A stretch of 64,000 bases of DNA from Octopus bimaculoides (Eukaryota), in NCBI RefSeq assembly GCF_001194135.2, contig NC_068982.1, forward strand, positions 149,771,620-149,835,619, read 5' to 3'. Below the pieces are notes generated by a model. It searched no databases. It worked only from the letters and a program-made list of their open reading frames with translations, and was not told the origin of the DNA. Below are positions 50,101 to 61,520 of the stretch, in pieces. Position 1 is the first letter of the stretch, and the number at the start of each line of letters is the position of its first letter. Made by a program: the position numbers and the translations under genes.

Positions 50101-53100
50101 GATTTATACATTCCTCTATTCTAATTTTGTATATTTTAATTATACTTTGAAATTTGTATAATGAAGATAAGATTTTCGTTATTTGATTAGATTCTAGTTT
50201 TCTACTTAATTAGTTTGGTTGGCTTATGTTTTATGACTTGTAAATTTTCTTTAGCTCTATCTATTTAATAAATGATGTTTATTTACTTTTAGCTGATTTG
50301 CGACAAGGTGCTACAGCTATGAAAAAAGATGAGGATGTATTCCAAATGGATTCCAAACGCAAATTATCTGGAATTATTGATACAGCTAGTGGCTTAAATG
50401 ATGACATATCTGATAGTCAGTCTGACAGTAGTCATTTTGTGCCTAATATCTCCATGCAAAATACTCCATTTCCAACTGCTCAATCTCAGCTCTCCAATCA
50501 GTCACACACACTCCCTCACAAAGCAATCTCTAGTCTACCCCAGCCTATTATGAGTAATAATCAGAATGCTATCCTTCAGCAAAAAGTTCTGCATAAAATG
50601 AACCAGCAGCAACAGCAGCAGCAGCAGCAGCAACAACAACAATCATTACAAATGAGCCAAGGCCCTCAAACACAGCCATCGCAACAACAGCAACAACATC
50701 AACCAGCAACACCTCCTCAAGTGCAATCACATCCTCAACAAGTAATAAACTCTACACAGGGACCGGTAGGTGGTCGTGGAAGTGGTGGTAGTATTAGTGT
50801 CAGCACTAATAACCCTGGTGCTAGTGGAAATACAGTTACTGCAGGAGGGAGCAACACTAGTGGTGCTGGAAGTAACAACCAACTTCCAACCACTAACACT
50901 GTGCAACAGCAGTTAGCACAGCACCAAATCTTGCAACAGCTTCGAATGGCCGTCCAGGCAGGGCTTATTAGCCCACAATTGCTAAACCAGCAATTGCCTC
51001 CTCCAATGCTCCTTCTTTTGCAGCAACTTCTGCAAATGCAATCAGGCTTGCAACAGCTTGTTACAAGGCAGCAGTTCCTACAGCAACAGAACCGAAATGG
51101 TAGTGGTGGGAATGCCAGTCACACTCAAAAGCAAATGGACCAAACAATCAATCGATTTAAGACACAAATGCTGCAGCTACAGCAGCAAATAGCTCAGGCC
51201 CAGCAAAATCTTCCCAAACCTCAAAATATACCTGAACCAATAGAGGCTTTCTCACCCTTGCAGAATGATATGACCAACATATCCATATCCACCTGCTCTC
51301 AGTCCCGTCTTCTCAACCAGTGGAAACGTCCTTCTCCTGATAAAGATGCCAATATTCCCCCTGATCCAATGATGAATAAGGCTGTGGGTTCCAAACCTCT
51401 CCATCACTCTATGTCTTCTTCAAATTTAGGAAGATATGACTTGAGTCTTGGCCTCAGTGATTCAACTTGGTCAAATGCCCCCACAACTTCATCCCAAAAT
51501 TGGCCCAATGTATCTCCAATTGGAACAAATAGTCAAGTTGAATCTTCCAAAGACATTTCTCAAGTGAAGGAATCTCAATCTGCTAGCTCTTCATCTGCAC
51601 TCAATTTGAATGATATGATTCCAGAATTTGTCCCTGGTAAGCCCTGGCAAGGAATTACTGGTACTAAAAGTGTGGAAGATGATCCATATATCACTCCAGG
51701 AAGTTTTTCTCGTTCACTGAGTGTTAATACTATAAAAGATGATTACTTGAATAACTTTTCCTCTAGTATTACCAAAGCCGGTTCAATTGTTACTTCAGAA
51801 TCATGGCCAATGAAAGACTTCCCTAAGACAAGCAATTCATCTCAAACAATTTGTGGTGGAACTCAAAAGAATTGGAGCTCAGCTGATTCTGTTACTACTC
51901 CCACCAGCTTCACTTCTGAGGTCTGGGGTGTGCCTTTGCAACCCAAATCTAGTGGAAATTCTGCTCGCCCTCCACCAGGCCTTGTTCATAACAAAACTAC
52001 ATCAGCATCCACATCCAGCTGGAACAGCAGCTCTTTTCCTGGCAGCCGTCAGGTATCTTGGTCTGGAAGATCAACTGAACCATTCCCTTCAGGTTAGTGT
52101 CATTAGTCTCTTGAAAACAAAAATAACCTTTACTTTAAATGTTAATTTGAATTATGGTTTTCAAACTGCTTTGAAGAAATATTTGTTTATTCGGTGTTTT
52201 TAAGTATGTTAACAACTAGGTTTTTCTATTTCTACTTGGTTGATGTTTTCGAATATTGTATTAAAATAAGATATTCAGTAATCTATTTGGAGTTTAAAAT
52301 AGCTGATAGAACAAATAAGAGCTGTAAAGGTAATGTAGCTGGGAGGTCAAAGTACAAGAGTATCAGCAGAAATTTATGTACTTCAACGATAAAGATAATT
52401 TTGATACTATGACAGGTGTCTTCCAACTGCAGCAACACATGATTCATGATTTCTTCTACATATCCATCCCTTCAATGTCATGGAAGCCCTGCAACGGTCA
52501 TGAGTATTACCCTTCCTGATAAAGCATGAAGTAAATGTTATGTTACATTATGCTTTTGTAAAAGATGTCTAATTGCTAAGTCACCAATCAATTAATCTGT
52601 TGAAAGTGCAGTAGTACCTACTCTGACCAAGACACTTATCTTTCAACAGACAAGTCCATTTCACTGTGAGCAGGAATAGAGGATGGTTTCGCTCACCTCT
52701 GTAATCAATTGTAGCACGAGAAATGTTGAGTATTGTTTTACATATCTTGGTTCAATTCATAAAGAAGTTTTATCAGATATTTATTGAAGGATCAAATTTC
52801 AAGAGTTTTGAAAGAACAAAAAATATTGAGTTATAAATAGGTTATCTTGTAGATAAATTCATCACAAATTTACTAGCCATTTGGAATATTGCTTCTGTTT
52901 GAGTTTTATTAATGGCAGATATGTTATCATTCTCCTAAAAACAATCAGAAACCTATTTGTTCATCAACTTGGTATTTTTTTGTTTTTTCTTTTCTTTGAT
53001 ATGATAGTCTTTGAATATTTTTCTGCATTTGATTGTTGATGTCTCTATACATGCTGTCAAAATTCTCCAAGACCTTTCAACGAATGGCATAAAAAGAATC

Positions 53101-56099
53101 TTCTTTTCAGAACTATTTTTGTCAGTTATACAGCTGTACAAATTTTGAAAGAGGGTGAAATAAGATATAAAAGTATAAAATCAAAAAAAAAGAATATATA
53201 TATATATATATATATTATGGACTCTCCCATTATTAGACAGTAGATAGAGGTTCCACAATATTTTGCTGAGCAAAAACACAGATTTGTTTATGGTGATCAA
53301 ATGTTTGTGTCACACATTAGCTCACTCCCTCCCATCAAATCAACTTTGATCAAAATCATCACCGAGCAACATGAAATGAAGTATTTTGCTCAAGAACACA
53401 ACACACCACCCAGTCCAGGAATCAAGATCATGATCTCATGATTGCAAGTGCAACACTCTAACCACTAGGCCATGTGCTTTCACTAAATATATGTATACAT
53501 AAGCAAGTCTGCTCAATGAGGATAAAGTGACATCTTGGTGTGCTTCTTCTTGTTGCAACAACCCATGAATCCTGTTTCTTTCTTCTCACCAGTCTCAGAG
53601 CCTGTACAAGGGTCACAAGCACTCTTCTCTTTCTCCTCTCTGAAAACAGTAAAATAAAACTGTAGAAGTCTCTATATTATATGAACTTAACTGGAGCAGG
53701 CATGGCTGTGGTTAAGAAGTTTTTACTCCACTGTGCAGTACCTTAGGCAATGACATGTATATGCATTGGAAAATCCACAGAGTTGTTAAACTGTTGGATA
53801 GAATACCTTATGGTATTTGTTATCCCTCTCTGTTCCTTGAGTTCAAATCATCTTTGTTTTTCATCCTTTCAGGGTAGATTAAAAAAATTGTACCAAGTCA
53901 AGAGTGGTGGATTAGTAGAATTGTTAGAATGTTAACTGGGATGCCTTGCAACATCTGTGCTGGCTCTGTGCATTCTGAGTTTAATCCCATTCTGTCACCA
54001 AAAAGTTGACACTGACTTTCAACCAATAGATAGTATCAGCAATTCAAGAAACCAATAATGTTGTTACCTTAGTTTGATCTGAAGGTCAACTGCCACCACC
54101 GTGTGTGTGTCAGTTTGGAATGGCAAGAAATTGGTTCCTCAAATGGAAATACCTAGCAGTAGAGTGATTCATATTGATTCCTTCCTTTATGCTCAGTTAA
54201 CTTTTGTCATTGTCATCACCTGATGTTAAGTAAACATATATCCAAATGTTTTAGCTAATTATACTGACCTCAACAGTTAAAGGCACTACTGTATACAGTC
54301 TGGTGACTAGAGCTAGTTAAAGAATAGACTTTTACCTCATCAAAATCCTTATATAAAAAAACTCAACATTTGGCAGAAATGCTTTGAGTTAATATCTTGG
54401 AATGTCATATTAAAAACATTATAAAACAAAAGGTGTGGAATAAAAATTTCCCTGTAAAAATTATTGAGTCCTGCTTTGCATAAATCTTGTTCTAATAGAA
54501 TTTATTAAAAAAATTAAGTGCTATTTATGAATGTTAATCCAGTGAGAGGCAAGAGTCTTTTTTTTTAAACCCTTTAGTATTTGAATTATCATAATAGTTA
54601 ATAAAAAAAAAAGGGTTAAATACTTCTGTTTCAGTTGCAAATGGTTAAATAATTTTAATACAGTTCTTGAGAATTATTTCAAAATTAATATGTATCCATG
54701 TTTATTTTCTTTTTAAACATTGCATTGTAAAATTTGAGAACATTTTTTTCATAAAAGTAGTTTCTTATAGTTTATCAAAAGTTATTGTAGGTAGGAGACA
54801 TTTTAAACTTATATTTTAAGATCTCTTTTTACAATTCCTTATAATTGTTCTTTTCAGTCAACTCGTCCGCATCATGGGTTGTAAGTAACTGGTTGGTCCT
54901 CAGGAATCTCACTCCCCAGGTCAGTTTTTCTTTTATTTCTATACATTTATCAATAAGACTGTCAAAATGAAGTAAAAGTAAAATTTATTTAAATAATATG
55001 ATCCTTACAAAGTATAAATCCTAATTTGATAGTTTATTTTTAGAGTTTGATCTCAAGTATATATTTTTGATAGCATCTGAATGTTTTCATATTAAGCTAT
55101 ATGCAGATTATTCTCTTAAAGGCAAATGGAGAAAACTTTAATAAAGTTTTGTTGTTTTAACTTCCCTAACCAATTATTTCAGGTTTTGAAAACCTGATGA
55201 AAAATGAATATTAAATGTATTAGAAAGTTTTATTATATTGCAATCTCTCTAGATCCTTCAATTTCTCTCAATGTTATGTTTGAAGGTAGTCCTACAGAAG
55301 CTTATAATATTTAACTAGCTATGTTAATGGAACTCCTTCTAGAAATTTACACAAATATGTGCTGTTTGAAATCAGTATAAATTTTTTTTCTAATAAAAAT
55401 ATAAAGTAAGATAATCTTGGCAACATTATAAAATATTGAAAATATATATATAACTTCTCTTCCAGTTAGTGAATATTCAGTTATTCATTTGCAGTGAAAT
55501 GTTATTTTAACCTGATACAGTTTTGCAAGAGAAAATATTTTCATTTAATTTTTTTTTTATTAAATATTGCAACTATATTAATATTATTTATTTTTTTCTT
55601 TATTTTATTATTCCAGATTGATGGCTCTACTTTAAAAACTCTGTGCCAACAACATGGACCTCTGCAATTTTTCTACCTTAGCCTCAACCATGGCCAAGCC
55701 CTTGTACGTTATTCATCCAAAGATGAAGCAGTGAAGGCTCAAAAGGCTTTGAATACTTGTGTTCTTGGAAACACAACCATATTAGCTGAATTTGTTTCAG
55801 AACGCGAGGCTAACCACTTAGTGGAGCAAAGTTCAACTACTTCAGCAGCACCCCCATCCACTAGTCAATGGTCGCAGTCCTCTCAATCAGATTATCGGCC
55901 TCCACCCCCACCACAACCTGGTGCACCTCCACACTACAGCAGCCGCAACGAAAATCACTGGAACATGCCTGCTTCTGTTCAATTTGGAGGTTTTCCAGGG
56001 AACACTATGTGGAACAATAGCCTCTGGGGCGGAGTTGCAATGGATGACCATGGTTCTGCTCCTTTACTTGGCAATATTCTGGGGGGAGAATCTATGTGA
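38453..56099 (+). CDS. TNRC6: GW182/TNRC6 miRNA-silencing scaffold protein, well-supported multi-exon core: 38453-41151, 42992-43114, 47447-47641, 49109-49195, 49695-49752, 50293-52092, 54858-54919, 55617-56099
   Basis: All eight exons have AG/GT boundaries and compatible phases (1,0,0,0,0,1,1,0). The joined protein has GW/WG repeats, Ago-binding motifs [13 protein letters not shown] and [26 protein letters not shown] ([26 protein letters not shown]), PAM2 ([21 protein letters not shown]), RPPPGL, RRM ([35 protein letters not shown]) and the C-terminus LWG..LGGESM, all typical of the GW182 family. Confidence 0.97.
40822..41016 (+). repeat. Coding CAA/CAG polyglutamine repeat
   Basis: Mixed CAA/CAG run in the GW182 frame with a few H, P and L interruptions. 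Confidence 0.95.
41453..41550. repeat. Short degenerate tandem repeat, about 18-20 bp x5
   Basis: ttctctcaaaacatgcac-like units. Confidence 0.6.
42992..43114 (+). CDS. TNRC6: GW182 exon (123 nt, phase 0-0): [41 protein letters not shown]
   Basis: aatttgtag acceptor, aag|gtgagt donor, GW/WG motifs, in frame with both neighbours. Absent from the ORF track because it is short. Confidence 0.92.
44405..45040. repeat. Degenerate minisatellite, unit about 36-42 bp (gactgagtagtaacactgaagacaatggagtagaatgtgat-like)
   Basis: Recurring ctgagtagtaacactgaa/gacaatggag motifs, more than 10 times. Confidence 0.75.
45677..45910 (-). mobile_element. Related RTE/SINE subfamily 3' end
   Basis: Reverse complement of ..gcacccactacactctcagagtggttggcgttaggaagggcatccagctgtagaaac..ccatgctagcatggaaa.cggacgttaaa. 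Confidence 0.85.
46058..46228 (+). mobile_element. Old RTE-tail/SINE remnant
   Basis: cacccagtacactctgtaaagt..aagggcatccagctgtagaaacc..cgttaaatgacgatga. Confidence 0.75.
46545..46715 (+). mobile_element. Second SINE-like family body
   Basis: gactgtggccatgttggggcaccaccttgaag..gatcccagtacttat..taagtacttattctattggtc resembles an abundant octopus short repeat as I recall it; not verified. Confidence 0.55.
47447..47641 (+). CDS. TNRC6: GW182 exon (phase 0-0) with W-rich motifs ([22 protein letters not shown]); 5' boundary is either 47447 or 47495
   Basis: Donor aag|gtaagc at 47642. Two in-frame acceptors: attaag at 47446 after a pyrimidine tract, and caacag at 47494. Confidence 0.88.
49109..49195 (+). 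CDS. TNRC6: GW182 exon (87 nt): first half of the UBA domain ([14 protein letters not shown])
   Basis: ttttacag acceptor, aag|gtaag donor, UBA MGF signature. Confidence 0.94.
49695..49752 (+). CDS. TNRC6: GW182 exon (58 nt): second half of the UBA domain ([19 protein letters not shown])
   Basis: ttattattatag acceptor, cg|gtaag donor, phase 0 to 1; resembles the TNRC6 UBA segment AL.SNNMN.D.A. Confidence 0.93.
50293..52092 (+). CDS. TNRC6: GW182 exon (1800 nt): Q-rich/M domain, CIM-1-like QSRLLNQW (51300-51323), PAM2 (51606-51653) and M2 W-motifs
   Basis: tttacttttag acceptor, cag|gttagt donor, phase 1-1; open 600-codon frame containing [28 protein letters not shown] and RPPPGL. Confidence 0.96.
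52440..52800 (+). mobile_element. Possible old RTE-like LINE RT fragment
   Basis: Short translations MIHDFFY..EALQR and [12 protein letters not shown] resemble the RT core/thumb; highly decayed. Confidence 0.4.
53260..53475 (-). mobile_element. tRNA-derived SINE
   Basis: The reverse complement begins gcacatggcctagtggttagagtgttgcac (box A) ..ggtgtgttgtgttcttgagcaaaatacttcat, related to 4645-4760. Confidence 0.7.
53694..53940 (+). mobile_element. Degenerate SINE
   Basis: gcaggcatggctgtggttaagaagttt head as at 14405 and 35195; gagttcaaat box-B-like motif. Confidence 0.55.
54858..54919 (+). CDS. TNRC6: GW182 exon (62 nt): start of the RRM ([18 protein letters not shown])
   Basis: gttcttttcag acceptor, cag|gtcagt donor, phase 1 to 0; [10 protein letters not shown] is the GW182 RRM start. 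Confidence 0.95.
55617..56099 (+). CDS. TNRC6: GW182 last coding exon: RRM and C-terminal W-motif tail, stop TGA at 56097-56099
   Basis: ttattccag acceptor; [59 protein letters not shown]; ends [11 protein letters not shown]. Confidence 0.97.
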   Translation: MDGSTLKTLCQQHGPLQFFYLSLNHGQALVRYSSKDEAVKAQKALNTCVLGNTTILAEFVSEREANHLVEQSSTTSAAPPSTSQWSQSSQSDYRPPPPPQPGAPPHYSSRNENHWNMPASVQFGGFPGNTMWNNSLWGGVAMDDHGSAPLLGNILGGESM

Positions 56100-56648
56100 T
56101 TTTTTTTTTTTCTCCCTACCCTGTGAAAATTTTTATTCTTTTATTTTTCCTCCATCCAACTCACACCACACTATCTTCATTGTACTATATTTGTCTGTCT
56201 TGTCTCTCTATCACTTTGTCTCTGTCTGTGTCTCTCTCTGTGATCTCTAGTTTTTATTTCTTATTTATCTGACTCCTACCCAAATGGCTACACGTACATA
56301 AACATAACCCCTTGTCCTTTCACTTGTTATTTTAAAAACAAAAATAATGAAACAACTAAATCTCCTCTGTGAAACCAGATCTCGTAGCTTTCATGGCAAC
56401 ATATTCATTCATACTTTGTTCGTTTTTGTTTTTCTTTCTATATATTAAAAGAAAAAAAAACATTGTAAAAAAAAAAAGCAAAAAAAAAAAGATCTGATAA
56501 CCATGCAGCATTATAGAGAATGAAATTTAATTTGAAAAGTCATTTAATTATATTATAAATTATGAATCGGGTGCAATCAGCTGTTGTATGAACTGTTTTT
56601 GAAGCAGAAGAAAAACAAATATACACACATATATATATATATATATAC

Positions 56649-56703
<55 letters not shown>

Positions 56704-58279
56704 ACTTTCCCACCACCCCATTCCCCAAAAAAGTGACAGTTAAAGTTGACCAGAAATAGTCAAATTTTGTCATGTGATAATCTTTTGAAGTTATGCCTAG
56801 TTTTATTGTCCAATGCAATGGAGATATAACTAGTTCCTACAGCAGCAACAGCAGCTAGGAACTGCTGGCAGCAGAAAGCGGTGCTTGTTCAAAGCCGTAT
56901 ATAGACACAAATCCTATTGAGTGAAGAAATTACAAGATTAGAAAGAATGAGTGAGAATGAGAGAAATGATGTAGAGCTTATGCTTACTCTGATGGTGTTG
57001 ATTCTTACCTTCATGCATATGTAATAAAACCAAGGTGGGTAAAAATAAAAACTTTAAAAAAAAAAAATTAGAAGAAAAATATAGAAAACAGCAACTATGT
57101 ATGACTGAAAGATCTAGGAACTCTGTGTAATTGAAAGAATAAGGAAAGCATGTATGATTGAAAGAAGGAGGTATGTATGATTGAAAGAACAAGTATTGCT
57201 TCTTCAAAACAAACAAAAAAAAAAAAAGAGAGAAAACTAATTAATAATCTTGATATACAAAGTATATGGCCAATTTTTAATTTTTATGTTCTTGTGAAAA
57301 ATATTTTTAGACTATATTGCCATCATAGATATTTTTTTCTTTTCGTCGTAATCTATTTTTTTTTCCACTCTTTTAAAATGTTACCAAAGGGTAAAAAAAA
57401 ATTTTAACAGTAATTTTAATTGAGTTGAAACTTGATCAACAATTTACATTTTTTTTTTTAAGCACATACTAAATAAACAGTAAATATCTTTGAAGAATTT
57501 CCAAATATCAAACAATTCCAAATTATTGTTACATTTAAAACCAACAGACTAGAAGCTAGTTGTTTTGGTTTAGAATGTTTGCAATGACAGTCTTTAGAGT
57601 GGTGATACAGAAAATAGCTGATAATGAGAAAATGTTTTTCTTATTTTTTACTTTATTTTTTATTTATTTATTATCATTATTATTATTATTTATTGTTTTT
57701 TTTTTTTGTTTCCTTCTGAAATTTGACTACAATCTAAAAATATTTTGTCTGTGCCAAAATAATGTACGATTGGTTTGTGTTCTGTCACAAAGCATAACCA
57801 TTTTTTCATACTACAAATGAGTTAATTTAGAGAGCAAAAAGATTTTTTGTAATTAAAATTAAGATAAATAAACATTTTTTTTTTCTGTAATTTTTAAATA
57901 TATTTTTGTAAAAAATCACTGCTTAGAGCTTCTAATTGTAAGTTGTTGTGAGTTAACATCATGGTTCATTAAGTATTGTATATTTTCTAAGAAAGAAAAC
58001 AAACACAAATCTAAAATCATGCACAATATAAGACTACTTGCATTAAAAAAAATCCTATTATAAAAAAAAAAACAAAAAAAAAATCTCATCAAACTAAATT
58101 TGCTGACCTAGCTATTGCTAATAGCTGCATTTGTTCCACTTGAGGAGAATTCCAGAGAATGTAACATTTAAATTCAACTGTTTGAAATATGCATCGAATG
58201 TGGGTGCAAAATCTTTGGTAGGGTACAAGAAAATTTCATAAATAATTAACCAGATCTCTGCATTTTTTAAAAATTATTA

Positions 58280-58314
<35 letters not shown>

Positions 58315-58582
58315 TCTAATTATCAATCTGCCTCTTTTCAGCTGCTAAATTATAGAACTGAACAAGTTGCTTAATCCAAAACTTTCTAAAAGCAAACATG
58401 AGGATTGTTTACAGATTTTAAAAAAAGCTGAAAATGCTGTTAGTATTTTCTGAGGTAAGCTCTTCCATGATATATGTATATGTATGTGTTCGTGTGTATG
58501 TATATGTATGCATATGTGTGTATGTATATGTACATACACACCTGCACACACACAAATACATTTTGTGTCTGTGAGTGTATAT

Positions 58583-58615
<33 letters not shown>

Positions 58616-59010
58616 CATACATATTATTCTGTACATTCTCCTCTGTGAATTTGCCAGTATTGATCAAATTTTTTTTTTTTTACTTTTTAAACCAATGTTT
58701 AAAAATTATCAAATGTGGTGTCTTTCTGTAGGGAGAGGGGGTTGGTAATGCTATTCACATTGCCATTCATAATTTCTATAAACCACCTAAACTCTGTTCT
58801 TATCTTCATTTGTCATTCTTATTTTTCTTACAACGATTATTTTAGTGAATCTACATGTTCTCTTATTCCTTTTCTTAATTTAAGTGTATGTTAGTTTGTA
58901 TTAATAACAAGAAGTTATTATGTGAGAGTTAAATCATTTATTCATTTTGCAACAATGTGATGAAATATTCCTTTTAACTGTAAATGACTAAAGGCACAGG
59001 AATAAAACCA
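56100..59010 (+). other. Probable GW182 3' UTR; end uncertain
   Basis: Follows the stop codon; AT-rich with U- and A-rich tracts; AATAAA at 57023, 57044, 57472, 57867 and 59001. The site actually used cannot be determined. Confidence 0.5.
56621..56698. repeat. Interrupted (TA)n microsatellite in the probable 3' UTR
   Basis: Read directly from the sequence. Confidence 0.97.
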
Positions 59011-59807
59011 AACAAATTAAAGAAACAAAGCATGAGAGTTAAGCACATATAAATTGTATTAACTTTGACAAATTATTTGCATTTCATAATTACATAGACA
59101 GGGATTCCTCCCCTTAAAAAGATAACAAGTAAAAAAAATTTTTAAAAAAAACACTTTCATTTCAATTTACTTTTCAGCAATTTTAAAAATTAAAATTAAT
59201 AATTTTGGGGTTGTTTAATTTTTGGCTTCAAAATATATTAAATATATTGAGTTTAAAAACAAAAATACAAGATGGAAGTAAAACTAAAATTGATATATAA
59301 ATATTTATTTTTTTCATTTGATTTTTTATTTGAACATTTAAATTTTTAAATTGCTTTTCTTTTTTAATAATGGTGTGAAATTTGTTGCTAGCCTTCATTT
59401 TGTGATATTTTCTTTAATTTAAAAAGAAGGAAAAAGTTAAAACAACCTCCACCTTCCCTAAAATTAATAATAAACAAAAAGGCAGTCTTGACTTCTAAAT
59501 AATTCAAGCTAACAGTTTTGATCAGTTATAAGATAAAAAAAGGAAGGAGTTTAAGAAAAACCAAAAGCATTGAAATACATTCTAGTAATAACAAACTGGA
59601 GAAAAAGTACTCAATACCAGAAGTAGAGTGTCAGTTTAATTTGATCAGCTGGAACAAGAAGTTTCAAGAAACATTATAGCTTGTTTCATCAGTCAGTCAT
59701 TTTGAATCAAATTGGTTGGTTGATGAAACAAGCCACAGTGCTTATGGAAACTTCTGCTTTCAACTTTTTTGGTTTCAGTTGATTGAATACATACATATGT
59801 ATGTATA

Positions 59808-59862
<55 letters not shown>

Positions 59863-59901
59863 TCACATGTATGTATGTGCAGTGTATATATATATATATA
59901 A

Positions 59902-59997
59902 CCTGGTGTTGCCATCCGGTTTCACCAGTCCTCAGTCAAATCGTCCAACCCATGCTAGCATGGAAAGCAGACGTTAAACGATGATGATGATGATGAT
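59902..59997 (+). mobile_element. Short 3'-end copy of the young RTE family within (TA)n
   Basis: Matches 10861-10959 apart from one substitution (aagcag versus aagcgg); (GAT)n tail. Confidence 0.92.
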
Positions 59998-60007
59998 ATA
60001 GATATAT

Positions 60008-60045
<38 letters not shown>

Positions 60046-61448
60046 GAGAATATACAAAAAATAACAACAGACGAGGACAGGTGGTGTAAATAACAAAAGT
60101 ATATATTATATATATATATATGCACACATCCATACTTATAAGTGGCATTTCATGATTTCAATTTTGATTTCTAACTAACTTTTTGGCCTTGTGTAACATT
60201 TGAAGATACATTATCAGAGTAAGCTAATTATGCTGCTGCCTTGACTTGAGTCTATTGGACTATTTTATACTTACACAAAAGATGATTGAACAAATCCATA
60301 AGTCATAGATATGTGTGAATATTTGTATGCATAAGATATATGTACACATATAAATATGTATATACATGTGTGTGTATATGTATGTATAGCATATATACAT
60401 GCATCTTAGTACTTTTAAATTCTTAAAGAAAAAGAAATTAGGGACAAATGGTCATTCTCCTCCTTCATCATCAAAATATTTTAAATCAATTAATTTCATT
60501 CATTGTTAGTCATTGAAAAACTTCATCTTAAAATAGATTTGTAATTTAAAAGTGAGTAATTTTGATTATATAACTTATAACAATTTAAACAATGAACCAA
60601 GTAGCTGTAGAAAGGAAAACATTGCAAATTGATTGATTTTTAAATTACTGTATTTTAAAAGAAAAAAAATCTTTTTTTTTTCTTTTCTTTTAGAAGTAAA
60701 AAGAAAAAATTAAATATATTTAAACCATATTATTATTGTTATCATACTAGCTATAATGATAATAGTAATAATTATTATTATTATTAAAATAATGACTATA
60801 TCATCATCTTTATGATTAACAAAAGCAAATTTTAAATGAAAAACCTATTTGAAACCAACTAAACAACGCAGTACCCTTTTCTGCTACGAAATGGCTTGTG
60901 GCAGCTTGATGAAAACAATACACAAAACACTCATAAAAACATAAATAACACTGCTGAGTCTGTTGAAATATTCCTCTCTCTCTTTACCATTTTTCCCCCC
61001 CTTTGCAGTCATTACTTTCTCTCTTTCTCTTCTCTCTCCCTCTATATCTCTTTTTATACGACAATCAATGTGAAAAGGCCTTGTTAACTTGCCAGTCGGG
61101 CTGTGTGTTGTATGTCGTATCTTTCCCAATAACAACCTATTATAATTAATAAAAAAGAAAAAGTATGTCATTTCTATATGTGTTTGTGAAATATAATCTA
61201 CATGTATGTGTGTTGCAAAATGTCAGTGTGTCTGTCTGTGTACCCCAAATATACTGAATAGACCTTGCACCTGCTTAATTATGACTTGCTGTTAGAGAGG
61301 CAGATTTATCACCACAATATTAATAATAATTACTGCCACAGCTACTGCTAAAACTCAAAGCTGCCTCTTGTGGCTTGTTTTGTACAAACCTATTTAGATA
61401 TTTTTATGTCTTGTCTCTGTCATTGACATGAGCACTTCTTTGTATATA

Positions 61449-61454
<6 letters not shown>

Positions 61455-61520
<66 letters not shown>
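61455..61520. repeat. (TG)n(TA)n compound microsatellite running into an N gap
   Basis: Read directly from the sequence. Confidence 0.97.

Noticed and set aside
53400-53475. tRNA-like box A/B sequences (also 11112, 14405, 35195)
   Set aside because: No complete cloverleaf, and they continue into SINE bodies, so they are SINE heads rather than tRNA genes.
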